NCBI GenBank assembly: GCA_014905635.1
Contig: JABVCE010000015.1
Span: 868,001 to 903,188, forward strand
DNA length: 35,188 nucleotides
Direction: 5' to 3'
Origin: Scenedesmus sp. PABB004
Taxonomy: Eukaryota
This document shows positions 31,777 to 35,188 of the stretch, one piece after another. The position numbers and the translations under genes are program-made. Numbering within the stretch: the stretch's first letter is position 1; each line of letters begins with the position of its first letter. The notes below the pieces were generated by a model. It did not search any database. It saw only the letters and a list, made by a program, of their open reading frames with translations, and had not been told where the DNA came from.

Positions 31777-32525
31777 CAGCCTGTTGGAGCCGCGCACCTC
31801 CGCTCCGCAGGGGCGGCGGGGCAGGGGACACGGCGCACGGCATCGCCGCGCCGCGGCGCCGGCGAGCGGCGCGCGCGCGGGCGGCGCGCGGCCCGCGGCG
31901 CGGCGCGGCCGCCGGCGGCGCACCTCGGCGGCGCAGCCCGTGGCCGGGCAGCCTGTTGGAGCCGCGCACCTCCGCTCCGCAGGGGCGGCGGGGCAGGGGA
32001 CACGGCGCACGGCATCGCCGCGCCGCGGCGCCGGCGAGCGGCGCGCGCGCGGGCAGCGCGCGGCCCGCGGCGCGGCGCGGCCGCCGGCGGCGCACCTCGG
32101 CGGCGCAGCCCGTGGCCGGGCAGCCTGTTGGAGCCGCGCACCTCCGCTCCGCAGGGGCGGCGGGGCAGGGGACACGGCGCACGGCATCGCCGCGCCGCGG
32201 CGCCGGCGAGCGGCGCGCGCGCGGGCGGCGCGCGGCCCGCGGCGCGGCGCGGCCGCCGGCGGCGCACCTCGGCGGCGCAGCCCGTGGCCGGGCAGCCTGT
32301 TGGAGCCGCGCACCTCCGCTCCGCAGGGGCGGCGGGGCAGGGGACACGGCGCACGGCATCGCCGCGCCGCGGCGCCGGCGAGCGGCGCGCGCGCGGGCGG
32401 CGCGCGGCCCGCGGCGCGGCGCGGCCGCCGGCGGCGCACCTCGGCGGCGCAGCCCGTGGCCGGGCAGCCTGTTGGAGCCGCGCACCTCCGCTCCGCAGGG
32501 GCGGCGGGGCAGGGGACACGGCGCA
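31777..32525 (+). repeat. 172-bp GC-rich tandem repeat, 4 full copies plus a partial copy
   Basis: The unit starting cagcctgttggagccgcgcacc occurs at 31777, 31949, 32121, 32293 and 32465, and the copies are almost identical. Confidence 0.95.
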
Positions 32526-33229
32526 TGCCGCGCGCCCTGCGACACTTTGGCTGGAGCCTGCTGCACGGCGGGGTGCGCGTCAGCGGCGACAGGGTCTTCT
32601 CTTACCAGCGCGCGGCGCCGGAGCTGGCGGAGCTGGCGTGCCCGCACCCGCTCTGCCGCGCGCAGCAGCAGCCGCCGCTGGAGACGCTCGGCCACGTCCT
32701 CGGCGGATGCCCCGTGGCGGCGGCGGTGCTGCAGTGGTTCGCTCACCTCTGGGCGCGGCTGCAGCCGGGCTTCCCGCGCGCGCCGCCCCCGCCCAGGGTG
32801 ATGCTGGCGGACGACTTTGCCAGGTCGGGCGTCGCGCCGGAGCTGCAGCAGCTCTGGACGCACCTCCGCCTGCTGCTGCTGCGCGCCCTGCTCGCCGCGC
32901 GCGCGCGGCACGGCGGCGGCCAGCCCGGGCACGCGCCTGTGGCGGCGATTCGCATCTTTGTGTACTCGGTGCGCGACGCAGTCGTGCTGGACTGGCGCAA
33001 GGCAGCGATGGACGTGCGCGCGCTGGCGGGCGTGCCGCGCTCCTGGCTGTCGGGCTCCGGCAAGGAGCTCACTCGGGCAGATTTCGAACGCCGGTGGTGC
33101 CACCGAGGGGTCATCGCGCGCACGGGCCAGCACGGGGGCCGCTTCACAATGGAGTTCCGGCTCACCGCAGCGGGCGTGCCGGCGCTGCCGGCGGCGCCGG
33201 CGCTGGCCCCGCCGGCGGCGCAGGACCCC

Positions 33230-33260
<31 letters not shown>

Positions 33261-33663
33261 AGCGCGGCGGCTAGCTGCAGGGGCCGGGGGGGTCCGTGGC
33301 CGGGCTTGCTGCGACCCCGGCTGGCTGCGTGTCGCGCCTCTTCTGCAGCGTGCAAGGTTGGGCGGTGTCCCCCGTGCCGCGGGGCTGGTGTCTGCGTGTT
33401 TGTCGTCGCGCGGCGAGGGGGCTGCAGCCGATGGGGCCGGCCCCTGGCGCCGCCGGCGTGTTTGGCGGCTGCACGCGCTCCGTGCGCGGCGGCTTGGCGT
33501 GCTGCCTGCCCGGTGGGGCGGCTTTCTCATCGGTGCGCGGCTTTCTCAGGGGTTTTTGCAGCAAAGCCAACTGCTGCCCCCTGGTGTGTGCGTGTGTCGT
33601 CGCGCGGCGCGGGGGCTGATGCCGCTGAGGCCGGCCCCTGCCGCTGCAGCGTGGATGGCGTTT

Positions 33664-33729
33664 CAATGGGCTGCCCCTGGGCCTCGGTCCTTGTCTGGTC
33701 ACCCGTTGTAAAAAAAAAAAAAAAAAAAA
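33664..33729 (+). mobile_element. Extremely 5'-truncated copy of the same L1 family (3'-terminal ~46 nt plus poly(A)) inserted in the 3' UTR of copy A
   Basis: Matches 34277-34324 and is flanked by a 10-bp direct repeat gatggcgttt (33654-33663 and 33730-33739). Confidence 0.85.
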
Positions 33730-33739
33730 GATGGCGTTT

Positions 33740-33996
33740 AAAGATAAAGATAAAGATAGTTACACCATAGGCTCGCGCCCATTGGTCCCGCGCCCCTTAA
33801 GGACGGTGTCCCGCATCTTCCAGATGTCCATCACATAATCTGCCACAGAGTGAACAGCAAGCTCATCCTGCAGCAGGTCACCAAGCAGATAACGCCGAGC
33901 CTGCTCCAGTGCTGCACACCGACTCGCCGCGCCGGTAACGGCAGCCCGAGGGGCCGCCGCACCAGCAGAGATGCTGCTGACGCTGACCGCCGCCGC
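33740..33996 (-). mobile_element. 3' fragment of a different non-LTR element with a (TATCTT)n tail, possibly RTE/RTEX-like, in antisense orientation
   Basis: Lower GC than its flanks. The minus-strand ORF end ...VADYVMDIWKMRDTVLKGRGTNGREPMV* is followed directly by ctatctttatctttatcttt. A 17-bp target-site duplication cagcgtggatggcgttt lies at 33647-33663 and 33997-34013. The clade assignment is inference. Confidence 0.7.
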
Positions 33997-34348
33997 CAGC
34001 GTGGATGGCGTTTGCGCGTGATCTCTGCGCGGAGGCTTGGAGCCGGTGCACCTCGCTGCACCGATGCCCGGTGCGGCTCGCCGCACCGGAAGGGGGGTGT
34101 GCGGCCTGATCTGCAGCTGCCCCTTTGATTGCGGGGCATCACCTGGTCTCCTTGGGCGCCCGTTGGGCGTTGGCCTCTGGCTGTGCCGTTGGGTGATGTG
34201 TGGGCCCCCTCCCGGGGGGCGCCGGGGCGCGGTTTTTCACGAGGGGTTGCTGCGCTCTTCCCGTTGGAGCTTTTTTCAATGGGCTGCCCCTGGGCCTCGG
34301 TCCTTGTCTGGTCACCCATTGTAACAAAAAAAAAAAAAAAAAAAAAAA

Positions 34349-35188
34349 GCAGCGCAGGACCCTGGTTCAGGAGCCGGCGGCCAACGACCTCGTCGACCCG
34401 CTCACTGGTGCGACTGCGCCGCCGCGCGCCGGCGAGCGCGCGGAGCCGCCCGCCTGGGCCGCCTGCTACGCGCGCGCGCAGCAGGCGCGCATGCCGCGCG
34501 CCCTGCGACACTTTGGCTGGAGCCTGCTGCACGGCGGGGTGCGCGTCAGCGGCGACAGGGTCTTCTCTTACCAGCGCGCGGCGCCGGAGCTGGCGGAGCT
34601 GGCGTGCCCGCACCCGCTCTGCCCGCGCGCAGCGGCAGCCCGCGCTGGAGACGCTCGGCCACGTCCTCGGCGGGTGCCCCGTGGCGGCGGCGGTGCTGCA
34701 GTGGTTTGCTCACCTCTGGGCGCGGCTGCAGCCGGGCTTCCGCCGCGCGCCGCCCCGCCCAGGGTGATGCTGGCGGACGACTTTGCCAGGTCGGGCGTCG
34801 CGCGGAGCTGCAACAGCTCTGGACGCACCTCCGCCTGCTGCTGCTGCGCGCCGCGCGCGCGCGCGGCACGGCGGCGGCCAGCCCGGGCACGCGCCTGTGG
34901 CGGCGATTCGCATCTTTGTGTACTCGGTGCGCGACGCAGTCGTGCTGGACTGGCGCAAGGCAGCGATGGACGTGCGCGCGCTGGCGGGCGTGCCGCGCTC
35001 CTGGCTGTCGGGCTCCGGCAAGGAGCTCACTCAGGCAGATTTCGAACGCCGGTGGTGCCACCGAGGGGTCATCTTTTTTTTTTTTTTTTTGGTGTTACAA
35101 CGGGTGACCAGACAAGGACCGAGGCCCAGGGGCAGCGCCGGCGGCGCCGGCGCTGGCCCCGCCGGCGGCGCAGGACCCCGTGGCGGCG
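34349..35188 (+). mobile_element. Second, degenerate L1 copy (copy B) directly abutting the poly(A) of copy A; runs off the window
   Basis: 34487-35073 is highly similar to 32521-33115 with small frameshifting indels. It extends further 5' in frame (..PPAWAACYARAQQARMPRALRHFGW). Confidence 0.85.
35074..35135 (-). mobile_element. Antisense, extremely truncated L1 3' end inserted inside copy B, with loss of about 70 bp of target sequence
   Basis: A T17 tract plus the reverse complement of gctgcccctgggcctcggtccttgtctggtcacccgttgtaac. Copy B resumes at sequence equivalent to ~33188, so the equivalent of ~33116-33187 is missing. Confidence 0.85.

Larger units (their letters stand above)
32521..34348 (+). 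mobile_element. 5'-truncated L1-clade non-LTR retrotransposon (copy A): ORF2 C-terminal zinc-finger region, 3' UTR and poly(A), interrupted by two nested insertions
   Basis: ORF 32525-33274 reads MPRALRHFGWSLLHG...CPHPLC...ETLGHVLGGCP, a zf-RVT-type CCHC knuckle. The 3' end is ...cacccattgtaac followed by an A tract at 34326-34348. Confidence 0.85.

Noticed and set aside
31673..33274. 533-aa ORF joining the 172-bp repeat to the L1 zinc finger as a chimeric gene
   Set aside because: The repeat unit is not a multiple of three and simply lacks stops. Only the part from 32525 is protein-like.
33392..33645. Imperfect ~55-bp direct repeat within the L1 3' UTR (~33392 and ~33588)
   Set aside because: The copies are diverged and lack TSD or LTR hallmarks. 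It looks like ordinary internal UTR duplication.

Overview
Very GC-rich, intron-rich eukaryotic nuclear DNA, most consistent with a chlorophyte green alga. The basis is a plastid-type starch branching enzyme, TGTAA poly(A)-signal motifs and CCCTAAA telomere-type motifs; a Sphaeropleales-like origin is my inference. Most long ORFs in the six-frame track are GC artefacts, so genes were rebuilt exon by exon by hand. Gene order: PARN/CAF1-family deadenylase (-, runs off the left edge), DHHC palmitoyltransferase (-), CEP44 (+), 23-exon starch branching enzyme (+), chlorophyllase-like alpha/beta hydrolase with a 1-nt frameshift (+), intronless ankyrin-repeat gene (+), telomerase reverse transcriptase TERT (+), and a triple-domain, probably N-acylated adenylate kinase (+). 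After about 31.8 kb the gene-dense region gives way to a 172-bp tandem repeat and a nested cluster of non-LTR retrotransposons. In that cluster an L1-like family has repeatedly inserted into or beside copies of itself, as Zepp-type elements do, so it may be a centromere or heterochromatin edge. The main points of interest are a ~600-aa SQ/TQ-rich insertion inside the TERT RT domain, the self-nesting LINE cluster with readable target-site duplications, frequent GC-AG introns, telomere-like motifs at intron 3' ends, and near-identical kinase-domain duplications that include an intron.
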